Assembly (NCBI RefSeq): GCF_036321535.1
Contig: NC_087437.1
Location: 43,092,001-43,156,000, forward strand
Reading direction: 5' to 3'
Origin: Camelus dromedarius
Lineage: Eukaryota
DNA length: 64,000 nucleotides
Shown in pieces: positions 1 through 11,270 of this stretch; positions within the stretch are counted from its first letter, which is position 1, and every line of letters starts with the position of its first letter. The position numbers and the translations under genes were made by a program. Below the pieces are notes generated by a model. The model did not search any database, was not told the origin of the DNA, and saw only the letters and a list, made by a program, of their open reading frames with translations.

Positions 1-308
1 CCCAACGCTGAGGAGTTGGCAGGGTTGGTTCCTTCTGGAGGCTCTGGGGGAGAATCTTCCTACCTCTTTCCTAGGTTCTGCTGGTTGCCAGAAGTTGTTG
101 GCATACTTTGGCTTGTATTTGGCTTTGTGTTATGCCAGTCTGTACTTCAGCTGTCGCATGGCTTTCTTCCCTTTGTGTCTCCCACTGTCTCTGTGTCTTC
201 ACATGGCCTTCTTATAAGGACACCAGTCGTAAGATTTATGACCCACCCAATCAAGTATGACCTCATCTTAATTACACTTGCTAAGCCCCTATTTCCAAAT
301 AAGGTCAC
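1..308 (-). mobile_element. ERVL-MaLR LTR (MLT1-type), left part of the outer element of a nested insertion
   Basis: MLT1 hallmark motifs: ggcagggttggttccttctggaggctct...cttcacatggccttcttataaggacaccagtc...gacctcatcttaattaca...ctatttccaaataaggtcac. The element resumes at ~1748-1792. Confidence 0.8.
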
Positions 309-517
309 TGCTTTGCTAGGGTTGCTGTAAAAAAGTACCACAAAGTGCATGACTAAAACAGCAGAAGATTTTGGTCTCACGATTTTAAAGGCTGGAAGTC
401 TGCGATCAAGGCGTTGGCATGGTTGGTTCTTTCTAAGGGCTGTGTGGAAGATTCGGTCTCTCTCCTTGTCTATAGATGGCTGTCGTCTCCCTGTGTCTCT
501 TCACGTGACATTCTCCC
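309..517 (-). mobile_element. Second MLT1-type LTR inserted in the first (left part)
   Basis: Starts tg...ttgctagggttgctgtaaaaaagtaccacaaa...ggctggaagtctgcgatcaagg, typical of a reverse-complement MLT1 terminus. Confidence 0.75.
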
Positions 518-1570
518 TTTCTCTATTGAGGCATGATTGACATATAACATCATATTGGTTTCAGGTGTACATCATTATGATTATTTATTTATATTGTGAA
601 ATGATCAGCACAATAAGTCTAGTTAACATCCATCCCCATACAGAGTTACAAACTTTTTTTTCTTCTGATGAGAACTTTTAAGTTTTACTCTTAGCAACTT
701 TCGAATATGCAATACAGTATTATTAACTATCATTGCCATGCCGTACATTACATCCCCATGACTTATTTATTTTATAACTGGAAGTTTGTACCTTATGATC
801 CTCATTCACCCATTTAGCTCACCACTCACCCCCAGCCTCTGGCAACCACCAGTCTCTTCTGTCTATCTATGAGCTTGTTTTTTTTGTTTGTTTGTTTAAT
901 TTTTGAATTCCACATTTAGAAGTGTATACAGTGTAACAGTATAAATATATACTGTATTTGTATTTCTCTGACTTATTTCACTTAGAATATTGCCCTCAGG
1001 GTCCATCTATGTTGTCTCACGTGGCAAGATTTCATTCTTTTTTATGGCTTAATAGTATTCTATTATGTGTCCTTTATCCATTTATCCATCAATGGACACT
1101 TAGGTTGTTTCCATATCTTGGCTGTTTTAAATAATACTGCAGTGGATATGTGGGTACATGTATCTTTTGGAATTAGTGTTTTTGTTTTCATCAGATAAAT
1201 CCCAGAAATGGAATTGCCTGATCATATGGTAGTTCTGTATTTTAATTTTTTGAAGAACTTCCACATTCTTTTCCATTGTCGCTGCACCAATTTATATTTC
1301 CACCAACATGGCACAAGGGTTCCCTTTTCTCCACCATCCTTGCCAACACTTGTTAGTCGTATTTTGGATAACAGCCGTCCTGAGAGGTGTGAGGTGATAG
1401 CTCACTGTGGTTTTGATTTGCGTTTCCCTGATGGTTAGTGATGTTGAGCATGTCTTTATACACCTGTTGGCTGTCTGTATGTCTTCTTTAGAGAAATGTC
1501 TATTCAGATCCTCTGCCTGTTTTTTTATTAGAGTTTTGTGGGTTTTTTGTTTTTTCCGCTATTGAATTGT
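518..1570 (-). mobile_element. LINE-1 3' fragment (L1MA9-like), antisense
   Basis: L1 3'UTR/ORF2-end motifs: attgacatataacatcatattggtttcaggtgtaca, catcaatggacacttaggttgtttccatatcttggct, ctcactgtggttttgatttgcgtttccctgatg, gagaaatgtctattcagatcctctgcc. Confidence 0.9.
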
Positions 1571-1747
1571 TAAATTATCCCTTTTGATAAGGACATCAGT
1601 CCTATTGGGTTAGGGCCCACCCTCAGGACCTCCTCTTAACTGAATACATCTGTGAAGACCTGATTTCTGAAGAAGGTCACATTGTGGGGTGATCAGGGCT
1701 AAGACGTCAGCATGTGAATTTTGGGATAACACAGTTTAACCTATGAG
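1571..1747 (-). mobile_element. Inner MLT1 LTR, right part
   Basis: ataaggacatcagtcctattgggttagggcccaccctc...aaggtcacatt...gaattttgggataacacagtttaacc continues the element interrupted at ~517. Confidence 0.75.
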
Positions 1748-1792
1748 ATCACATTTTGATGTTCCAGTTGGACGTGAATTCTTGAGGGACAC
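1748..1792 (-). mobile_element. Outer MLT1 LTR, right remainder
   Basis: atcacattttgatgttccagttggacgtgaattcttgagggacac continues directly from aaggtcac at 301-308. Confidence 0.6.
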
Positions 1793-1844
1793 CAAGCACT
1801 CTTTCATTTTTTTCATTCAAAATGAATCCCCAGAAAAATCTCGA

Positions 1845-1965
1845 AATGGTGCTGTCATTATAGCCATTTCATAGGTTGAAAAAGTATTGCTTGTTTGGGT
1901 TAAATAACTTACCCGAGGTCACAAGGCTGCTACTTACGGGTGCTGAGGCTCCTTTTCAAATCGAA
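1845..1965 (-). mobile_element. MIR SINE fragment
   Basis: Core-like motif ggttaaataacttacccgaggtcacaagg. Confidence 0.6.
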
Positions 1966-2322
1966 ACTCAAACTTCATTTGCTATCCAACCCCTCCAATA
2001 GACATGGATTCTCTCTTCTCTACTCAGAAGTCTCTTTAATTTGTTTTTAAGTATTTTTCTAACAAGAGAGTGAACTATGCACTAGTTAGATACTTTTAAA
2101 TATCTAAGTGTTTGACTTTGTGTAGACAAAATGATTCAGAATTTTTTTAACTTTCCCTGAATTTTAAACATTTTATCCAGATGGTTGCTTATATGCAAAC
2201 ATGGTTTTAGTTAAAATTAAGGTCCTACCAACTTAAAGCTGTAGTTGCATTGATTTTCAGTAGTGGTTTTTTTTTTTTTTTTTTTTTTTTGTCATATTTA
2301 GGCAATTGGACAAAGTTTTTTT

Positions 2323-2449
2323 CTTTCTAATTGAGTTATAGTCAGTTTATAATGTTGTGTGAATTTGCAGTGTAGGGCACAATTTTTCAGTTATTCATGA
2401 ACATACGTATATTCATTGTCACATTCTTTTTCGCTGTGAGCTACCACAA
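2323..2449 (-). mobile_element. Short 5'-truncated camelid-type L1 3' end with TSD
   Basis: attgagttatagtcagtttataatgttgtg...cacattctttttcgctgtgagctaccacaa, flanked by the direct repeat tggacaaagttttttt (2307-2322 and 2450-2465). The minus-strand flank fits the L1 endonuclease TT/AAAA preference. Confidence 0.85.
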
Positions 2450-3228
2450 TGGACAAAGTTTTTTTTTAAAGTAATTTTAAATTTAAGACCTATTTCTTTG
2501 TTTACTTTAATCCTATTTATCTGGTATCTATGTAATGATAGCATTAGAGAAATTTAATTATAGCCCATAATTTTCATTTAAGCATAAAAATGTTGCAAAA
2601 ATTGGTTTTAAACAATGACAAAAAGGAATCTTCATAAGATGGCCTGGGGTCGTTGCAACCCGAGTTATAATTTTTAAAAGTAGAGAATTTGATTAATCGA
2701 CAGCAGTCTTAGTTTTCTGCTTCTTGTTTCAGAGATGAAGGAAGAAGTCTTCACTCTTTCCTTCATCTCTTTCCTTTAAGGCAAAGACCCTTGGAGCTGT
2801 TACACCAAAAAGAAAATGACATATTGTCTCCTAGTTAGGAGGATGATGCAAAAACACCCGCCCCCCTTCTCTTTGGCTCATTTTCTGTTTCCCCAAAAAG
2901 TTTCAGGGCTCTACTTTAGAATCTTCCTTCCAGGTCCCTCAAAGTGGAAGCAGAAGGAGGAAGAGAGAGGACAGAGAGAAGTGTTCATAGCACAGGGAGG
3001 ACACAGGACAGATGCAAGTCTTCTAAGTAGATATGAAGCCTTTGTCAACATAGCTGCTACCAGGAAAGAAAGAGGGGGCCCTGGGTAGAACTGTTAAGAA
3101 CATATATTCTTCTTCTGATTGGATTCCTAGACCTCTCAGGAATAGATCTGTCTCCGTGAAGGGCTCTCTGGAAAGAGGAATGCCTTTGACCAGTGATACC
3201 TCTCCACTCCTGCTAAGTTCCCACTCAC

Positions 3229-3500
3229 CATCTTCCTCAAGCTCACCATCTTTCCAGGTGGGGAGCAGGTCAGGCTTCCATTTGCAGCTCCCAGCTTTGA
3301 TCAGAGAGGGACTGATATGTCCCTTTGGCACAGCAATTTGCAAGCCAGACAGATCCTGAGGACGCAAAACTGCCTGTGAGCAATGCCACTGAGTAACCTG
3401 CCAGTGCCTCTCTTGACCCAGACCCAGGGCCCCGCCGTCGCACCCTTCCCCGCTCCCACACATCCACGCCCCCGGCGGAACCTGGCTTTCATTCCTCACA
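3229..3500 (-). promoter_or_regulatory. Promoter/enhancer-like CpG patch with candidate first exon (minus strand)
   Basis: Local CpG cluster at 3430-3480 with GC boxes (ccccgcc, ccacgccccc), a TEAD-like cattcc at ~3490 and an AP-1-like tgagtaa at ~3390. Minus-strand donors ATG|gtgagc (3247) and ATG|gtgagt (3229). Confidence 0.4.
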
Positions 3501-3811
3501 CACATTGGGACAGACGACCTACAGTGCCAAGATTCTTATTTTAAAAAAAGGGGGGGGGGGGTTCTATTCCCTAAAAAAAATTGTAAGTCACTTATTTAGG
3601 GAATTTATTTCAATGAGAACTGAAATATCTATAAATTTTGATTCTGAAGAGAAAATCATTTTTCCTGTAATGACCATTTAAAATATTTTGTATTCCAACT
3701 CACTCTGAAAGGCCATGGATGAGGGTTTTTTTGTTTTTGTTTTTGTTTCCTGTTTTTATTTATGAGAAATCTTTGGCCACCTGTGCAGTTTAGCAAAGGG
3801 CTTTTTGAAGG

Positions 3812-3813
<2 letters not shown>

Positions 3814-3848
<35 letters not shown>
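3814..3848. repeat. (CA)~17 microsatellite
   Basis: Direct reading. Confidence 0.97.
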
Positions 3849-3850
<2 letters not shown>

Positions 3851-5162
3851 AAACCTTGTAAAATATTTACTGGGGCCTCAGATTGTCATTAGTAGAATCT
3901 TTGAATATCAGCACAGCACTCTTCTGTAGCTAGCTATCTGTCTGTCTGTCTCGCTATCTCTATGTTTATTCATTTATTATTCTTTTTGGTATTGATGTTG
4001 CCTTACTCTGTTTTGTGTCCTGCATCCAGAAGGCACTGATTCAGATTTCCTTCATGACTGTTCCCTCTCTGCCTGCCTGAGCCCACTGTGGACAAAGCAC
4101 TCATGTCCAGGAGGCTTAGCTGGGCAGAGCATATCTGCCCTCGGGGAGCTTACACTGCAAGTAATAAGAAACAGGACATTTTTGCTGATGACCATGTCAA
4201 TATGACCAAGTAAATGTTAGGCGGATTTGTATCAAAATCTCATAACAAAATGAGGAAGCGGCTGTTTCTGTGGGAAAAAAGAAAAAAAAAGGTAATGATG
4301 CTGGTATTTGGCATTGTGTACCCTATAATAAAACATTTAATTAAATCTTTAAGTGTGTACAGAGCACAAAATATGCACATCAGAATAAAATGCATCAGGC
4401 ATAACCAAAACTATAATTATGTCAGCCATGTTGTGAGCCCACCTTTGTTGCTCTGCCAAGAAGCAGGGGTTTAAAACTTTCTATCCATCTGTTTGAAAAA
4501 AGGAAGCAGCCTATGCTGTACCTGTACAAATCTCTGTAAAGCTTGGGGATGCTTTGGCTACTGATACAACAGCTGCTGTGTTACTGGGCTGCAGGCTGTC
4601 TCTTCTGGAGGTAAACTAGCAGCTGCCGCTCCGTGGTTCTTTCCACACTTCTGTTGAGTGTCTGCGAGGCCCTGGAGATGCAGAGATAAATGGGCATTAA
4701 AGAGCCATCTTCAAAGCGTTCCCTATCTCGTGGGGGTGGCATATACAGAAGGAGAAAATAACAAGATAGTAAGCACCCTCAGAAAGGGGATCACAGGGCG
4801 TCATGGGGACACACAGGAGAAGCATCTGTGGTTTAGAGATGTCTAGTGATGGAAGCTTGTCCCTGATGTGAGCACCCAGGGGTAAGTTTAGTCCCTCGAT
4901 GCCTTCAAAGGCTGGTGTTGTCTGTGGGACCATTTTACTGAGTAACTCCAGATTTAAATATTTCTGAGTGCTTATTTCAGATGTTTGTTTGCCTGTTTAT
5001 TTATGTGTGTGGATGTGTACGTATGTCTGTATGTCTCCACTTTCTTTGTGCAGAAGACAGTTGTCTTCTGTTGCTGCTCTCACTTTGCCAGGGTTTAGAA
5101 ACACTACCTGCTTCCTTCTAAGGTACTGGATCTGGTCTGTCATGGGTTGGAAAACTGAGCAG

Positions 5163-5163
<1 letters not shown>

Positions 5164-5211
<48 letters not shown>
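5164..5211. repeat. (CA)24 microsatellite
   Basis: Direct reading. Confidence 0.97.
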
Positions 5212-5215
<4 letters not shown>

Positions 5216-5529
5216 TTTGTGAAATAAAAACAAATAAGCTTGAAATGAGTGTTTCCACTCTGAGTAATCGATAGCAACTTAAATATATAGACTTTGTTCA
5301 AAAATTTTTTTCTGTTCTATGTTCTAAATAACTGAGGGTATTGAAGAGGTAGCTTCCAGATAAGTGAGGTATTTACTAATTGTGAAGCTGTAGGAGCCAA
5401 CCCTGTCCTCATGAGGTGACCCCTCAGGGATGTGTGCAGGCATCACTTACTCCTGATATCAGAACGTGACAGATATTGTCCCTCCACCTCAGTGCACCCC
5501 TTGCCTCCCTCCTCCTCCACTTCCCTCAC

Positions 5530-6207
5530 CTTAATCTAGAACCCTCATCCTTTTTGACTAACTACTACCATAGCCTTATAACAGGTCTTTCTATTTCCAC
5601 TCCTGATCCTGCCTTCCATTTTATGCATAGCGGCCAGTGTGATCTTTAAAGTCTGAAATCAGATTACATCACCCCTTTCTAATCCCCTTAGGGATTTCCT
5701 GTTGCTTTTAGAATAAATGTAGGACTCCTGACCACAATAAATGAGATCATACATGATGACTCCTGCCCACCTTTGTAGTCTTCTTCCATGTATGTCCCCC
5801 TTGCTCTCTAGATTCTAGCCTTGCTGATCTCCTTTTGGTTACTGGCACAGCCAATCTCTATCCTACCTCAGGACCTTTGCACTTGCTGTTTCTTCTTTGT
5901 TGAATGTACAATGTCTATCTCTTTTCCTGTCCAAGTCTTACATAATTCAAGTCTTAGGAAAATTCCACCTTGTCAGAGTACCTTTGCTGAATACACTGTT
6001 GAGAAAACCTCACCTCACCCTTTTTCTCCAGTTATTCTTTTATATTCTCTTGGTTATTTCCTTCATTACATTTTTTATCTCTATATGAAATTATCTTGTT
6101 CATTTATGTTCTTACATATATACTCTCTGTCTGCCTCAGAGGAACATTTCTTTTCTTCACTGCTATATTCTCAGTACTCACAAGGGAGTCAATAAATATT
6201 CATTGAG
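5530..6207 (+). mobile_element. L2 LINE 3' end
   Basis: gccagtgtgatctttaaa...aaatcagattacatcaccc, cctcaggacctttgcacttgctgtt, ending gtcaataaatattcattga (L2 terminus). Confidence 0.8.
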
Positions 6208-7425
6208 AACATAAACAGCCTTAAAAAACAATGTACTTTGTTAGAGAGAGCCTTCATCCCCCACCATCTGCATTTATTTGAGTAATACTACACCTGCTAT
6301 CATTCCTCACCAGGCAGAGCAAGTAAGAATATATTCTTTTCCTCTCTGCTATGCAATCACTACTTGTTTATGGCTCCCCAAATGAGGAAAATTTCAAAGC
6401 CAACACCAGAGTCCTTAACTAAGAAATAACAGTGTTCAGTGGCTCAGTGTCTGACAGATATAACCTGGACTCTGTTGCGGGGGCCCTCGGGCCCGAGTGG
6501 CTGCCAGCAGCCGAGGCTCTTGGCTCTCTGCCTGTGCATGTTACTGCCAGCCTTATTGCTTCTGCACTGAATTTATATTTTAATACAGGACGCCAACAAC
6601 GCATTTGTGTAATAGGAGCACGGAGAATGATTTTCCTTTTCCAGGCCAGAAGCTTCATTTTCCCTTCCCACCTTCTAATTTAATTTTCTTTTCCTCTAAC
6701 CCAACCCCAATTTCCCTCCTGTGGCAAATATATCTTCTCTTGTAATTACTTTACTTTCTTTGTCCTTGCTCTGCCATCTACCTCTGTGATAGGACTTTTC
6801 ACCGCCGTATTGAGGCATTTCATTTGGGGTTGCTGAAGAGGCAGAGCCTGTGTACTAGATGATCCAAGAAAAAGTCTAACTGGATTTGTTGTAAGGGATG
6901 TTCCATACAGTATGGAATAGCTCCTCCAGTGACCTGTGCCGGAGATCCCCTTCCTGACGATTTAGCCATCATCCGTTCGTATCACCGTCAATATGTGCAT
7001 GCATCCAGAGGGTTATTTTACTCTCTTCTTCTTTTATTAGATGTTGGCAGCTACTGGCTTTCCTAGGAAAAGCCAGACATTGCTTAAAAAATGGAGCAAA
7101 CCAGAGAATGAAACCTCCTTGTGTATACAGCACCATAGGCAGAGTTTAGGGAACATGTTTTGTGCCCAATAAATGATTGATACATGAAGGATTATTTTGA
7201 GCTTGACAGATAATGGGCAGCTTAGACTCCTGAGATAAATGAAGAGGCTAGTGGCTTTTCTAGTGGATGGTGGAGGCTGGATCTTGGACAGCACCACATA
7301 TTAGAACACGGGAGACCTAGAATCTTCTGTCCAGTTGAGAGAGACAAAACTGGCAGTAACCTAGACTAAATCTGTGTCTCAGAACATACTGCACAGCTGA
7401 TAGGAAGAGGGTGTTAGATTTCTGG

Positions 7426-7603
7426 CAGGGCTGGCTTCATAGGAGGGTGTTCTGTGCAGCCAAACTGATCCCTGTACTCAGAATGCCTTCACACTTAGTT
7501 GAATGCTCTACTGTTGCTATCTTGAAATTCATAATAATTTTTGAACAGGGGGTTCTGCATTTTCATTTGGCATTGGGCCTCACAAATTATGCAGCCAGTC
7601 CTG
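7426..7603 (+). mobile_element. MER91A-like hAT-Tip100 DNA transposon
   Basis: TIRs cagggctggct...agccagtcctg, internal cttgaaattcataataatttttgaaca, and a degenerate 8-bp TSD atttctgg/cttcctgg. Confidence 0.85.
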
Positions 7604-7849
7604 CTTCCTGGCTTTGCTGGCATTTCCCCATGCTGCATACCCAGAGATGCTCTTATAATTCTGAGAGATAGTAGAACAGAAACCCTCTGTGCATGGTGGA
7701 AAGTTTGATTAAGACTCTCAACTCAGACACTGTGAACACTTGTGTTTGTACCCTTATAGTTCTCTTCACATCTAAGGGGAACAATGAAAAAGGGACATGT
7801 TGTAATTTGGGGAAATAAAAGGTCTGTTTTTCACTTATTCCTATTTTTA

Positions 7850-8830
7850 TGCATCTGTTCATTCTTTCGTGAAGCACTTATTGTGTCTAATATGTCCTAG
7901 GGAGTATACTAGAAAGTGAGGATAAAAACAACTAGATATGGTGTTTGCCCATAAGGGGCAAGAGAGCAAGGGATAGTAAAAAATAATTATTATAATAGCT
8001 ACCACTCATACAGTGCCTATTATGGACCAGCCACTGTTTTAAGGGTTTTATGTATTAACTTAATTCTCATGAAAGCCCTGTGGAATTGTGACTATTAGTA
8101 TCCCCACTTTACTGATGAGAAATGTGAAGCCCAGATAGGGTCCATAAACTGTATGAGATTTCACAGCTAGAGAGTAGGAGAGCCGTCATTCAAAACCAAG
8201 CAGCTTAACCCCTTTGTGCCCCTAGCCACGAAGTGTAACAAATGGTAGGGGTGCTGTGAGGGAAGTAAATAAAGGCTATGGATGGAAGGGTGCTGCCCAG
8301 AGGAGGTCATGGCCAGTTTTCTCTCAGATGGGAGCTGGTGAGAAAAGGATTTATCATAATCATCTTGCTTGAAATGGACTGTGAAGCATGAGGAAGTGGT
8401 CCATCCACTGAGGAAGAGGGTCTCCTGGGATGAGGTGCAGGGGGGCTAGGCTGGGTAGAGAGCAGCATGGAATCAGAGTGTGCTCTGAGAGGTAAGTCTT
8501 GCTAAGGCAGCTCCCAGATCTTTGTGACTAAGGACCTTGGAGGTTTTATCTAGATAATGACAAGTCATTAAATGTTGTAAGCAAAGGCTTGACATGATCA
8601 GATGAGCACTTTGGAATACTTTCTCTGACAACAATGTGCATGACAGAATCCATGAATGAAAAACCACAGTAGAGATGAGTAGAGGGTTATTGTAAAGATG
8701 TGTCAGTGAATATGAGGGCCTTACCAAAGGCAGTATCTTGTGGGTAGAAAGGAGGAAATGAAGGATAAAGGGTGTTTATTGGCAGCTTGGTAGGATTGGG
8801 GGGTTGCCTGGTGTTGAGAGGGCTGAGGAA
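7850..8830 (-). mobile_element. L2 antisense, interrupted by a MIR (~7985-8230)
   Basis: L2 end cattctttcgtgaagcacttattg. MIR ccccactttactgatgagaaatgtgaagcccaga. L2 body ttgacatgatcagatgagcactttggaa. Confidence 0.75.
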
Positions 8831-9367
8831 CGAGGAGCCCCGTGTGTCTCTGGGATGTCTCTCTGCCCAGTGCCTCCCTTCCTGACCAGTTACCCTTACT
8901 TCCGCTAACCAGCCTTCTCTAACACTGCGTCTCCAGCAGGACTCAGGGAGGGAGGACAGGATAGAGAGTGAGTTAGAAAAAAAATGAGGTTTGAGAAAAG
9001 GGAAAGTGTCAAAGGCAGAGGAGAAAGAGGAAAGGAGAAAAGGTTCCAGAAAACAAACAAAAGGACAGGCTAGACTATTAAACAAATTGTTAACCTCCCA
9101 TATGCCAGATGTCAGGTAAACTCCTAAAAGTAATGCCATAATATACGTAACTGAGTCATCTTTGCCAAATAGAACTCAGGGAGAGAAAAGTATGTCAGAA
9201 CAAGACAGAGGGAGATGACAGGGAAGTGTGGCAACCAGAAAAAAGGACTTCTAAGTCTGTAACCTACCCTTGCTTGGGGCAAGCTCGAAAATGCTAAGAA
9301 AGACATGCGTAGACAGCAAATCGCAAACTGTCAGCTGGAAAGAGAGTAAAATCATTTAGTTAAAAGT

Positions 9368-9445
9368 GCCATATGACATCATTTATATGAAGAATCTGAA
9401 AAATAATCCCATGAATAATAAGGACACAAATGAACTACTTATTAA
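9368..9445 (+). mobile_element. L1 3'UTR fragment
   Basis: catatgacatcatttatatgaagaatctgaaaaa...acacaaatgaactacttatt matches the cetartiodactyl L1 3'UTR motif. Confidence 0.6.
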
Positions 9446-9839
9446 TTTGATTTCTTGAATATATGTAAGCACATTTGACTGTCCTTTATGATTGGATTAC
9501 CACATTCTGTTGATTCTTATTTTGTAGTTGGCTTTGTTCCTTTGACAACTTTGTAAGTTTAAAAAAAGCTAAAGATCTAATCTGTTCTTAGAAGCAATAA
9601 TCAGTACATATATGAAAACTAAAAAAATGTGCAGTATACTGTATATATATATTTACATGCAATATAATGTGTATGTGCAGTCAAACTGTAATAATTCTAC
9701 ATAATAAAACTGAAAAAAATTTTTTAAATGTAAGTTGCTAAAAAGAACATACAGGTACATAATTTGTATAGATTTGTATTAATGACTAGGCAAATGAACA
9801 TAAATTTTCAGAACACTAATAACTCAGAAAATACAGGTT

Positions 9840-10690
9840 GATTGAATCCAGCATGTATTTTTGGAGCATTCACTCTGTGGTGTGCCTCATGCTAGGTGTT
9901 GGAGGATGAATCTAGTATGTACAAATTAATAACACACAGACGTACATGTTATACATGCTGTACTTGAGTGCTTAAAATCTAGTATGAAAGTAAATTATAA
10001 ACGATCAGGTACATATACTGTAAGACTAAAGAGGTCATTAGGGGAAAGAAATGTTATAGATCCTTATAAGAACACAAGAATTCATCAAGTTGGTTGTGAA
10101 TGAGAAATGTTCCCTAAAAAAGGTAATATTCTGGACCAGCTTGGAAGGATGCGTAGGCTCTCAGCAGGCAGAGGTATAGGATGTTTGTCCAGCAAAGGGA
10201 AAGACATAGCAGTTGACAAAGAATAGGGACAGGAGTGTTCAGTTATTTAGATTGCAGAAAATACTGAATTTTGTGATGAAATGTCAATGTCAGTTGTGAA
10301 ATATTAGAAGGCCTAGAAGGCTAAGATGTGTGATTTAACTATCCACTAGTGTACATGAATGACCTTTTGGGCAAGGGATTGTGATAACAAGTGTGGTTTT
10401 AGAAGAACGTGGATAAAGATGAGGAAGTTTGGAGAATTGATTACAACACAGGAAAGGAGACAGATAGGTGATAATTGTTCTATGATACAAAGAAAAAGTT
10501 GCTGGCAGTGGAAGTAAAAAGATGATGGATCTGAGAGATATTTCAAAGAAGAATTAGCAGAATGAGAAATTGATTGCAAAAATATGGGGCTGGATGGTGA
10601 GCAAGGCAGCACTGGAAATGTTAATAGCCAGCTGGAGACAGTATAGCCCTGAGGAAGGGGATGCTGTTAATAAATCGTATTTCCAGGGAG
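9840..10690 (-). mobile_element. L2 antisense
   Basis: ccagcatgtatttttggagcattcactctgtg, gatggatctgagagatatttcaaagaagaattagcagaa. Confidence 0.7.
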
Positions 10691-11270
10691 AGGTGAGCTT
10701 GTGAAATTTTTAGCAGAATTGATCATGTGAATGAATTTGCCCTCCTTTTCTTTATTCTTATCAAAATAAAGGTACAAGAAAAGCTATTTATGCCATTATA
10801 ACACATATTACGCTATTATGTGTTCAAATAAAATATTAACCTCATCAAGGCAAGGTAAGCCTCTGAAAAAAATCCTGCATTCATTTTTTTACCAAAGAGG
10901 GGAAAAAAAGATGATGCATCTTCTGCACTAGAATTTCTCTATTATTGTCATTTGTGAGCTGGGTAGGTGTAGGTCTAGATTTCCAAAAAAATAATGAATA
11001 AGGTACATAATACCTTGCTCAGAAAAAGACCACCCACTGCCATAGCCTGTGTGAGTATAATTCACTGACAAGCCAAAACTGAGAAACATATACAAGGCCA
11101 GTTGCACCTTCTCAGCCTGTTTTTCCAGCTATTTACCTGTTCACATCAAGTGCTGTGTTTACTTGCGTGGAAGTGGAGTGGACCCAGAGAACCTGCAAGT
11201 AGCTTAGCGGCATGTCTTGCTGTGAGAAGCGCAGATGGGACCGCTGAGGTTTTCCCTGACACTCACTCAC

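Noticed and set aside
3023..3505. Longest ORF (160 aa, minus strand)
   Set aside because: No recognisable domain, and it runs through promoter-like motifs and past strong splice donors. Likely a chance ORF in GC-richer DNA.
8687..9139. 150-aa minus-strand ORF
   Set aside because: Partly L2-derived, low-complexity F/S/L composition from a purine-rich plus strand, non-ATG start.
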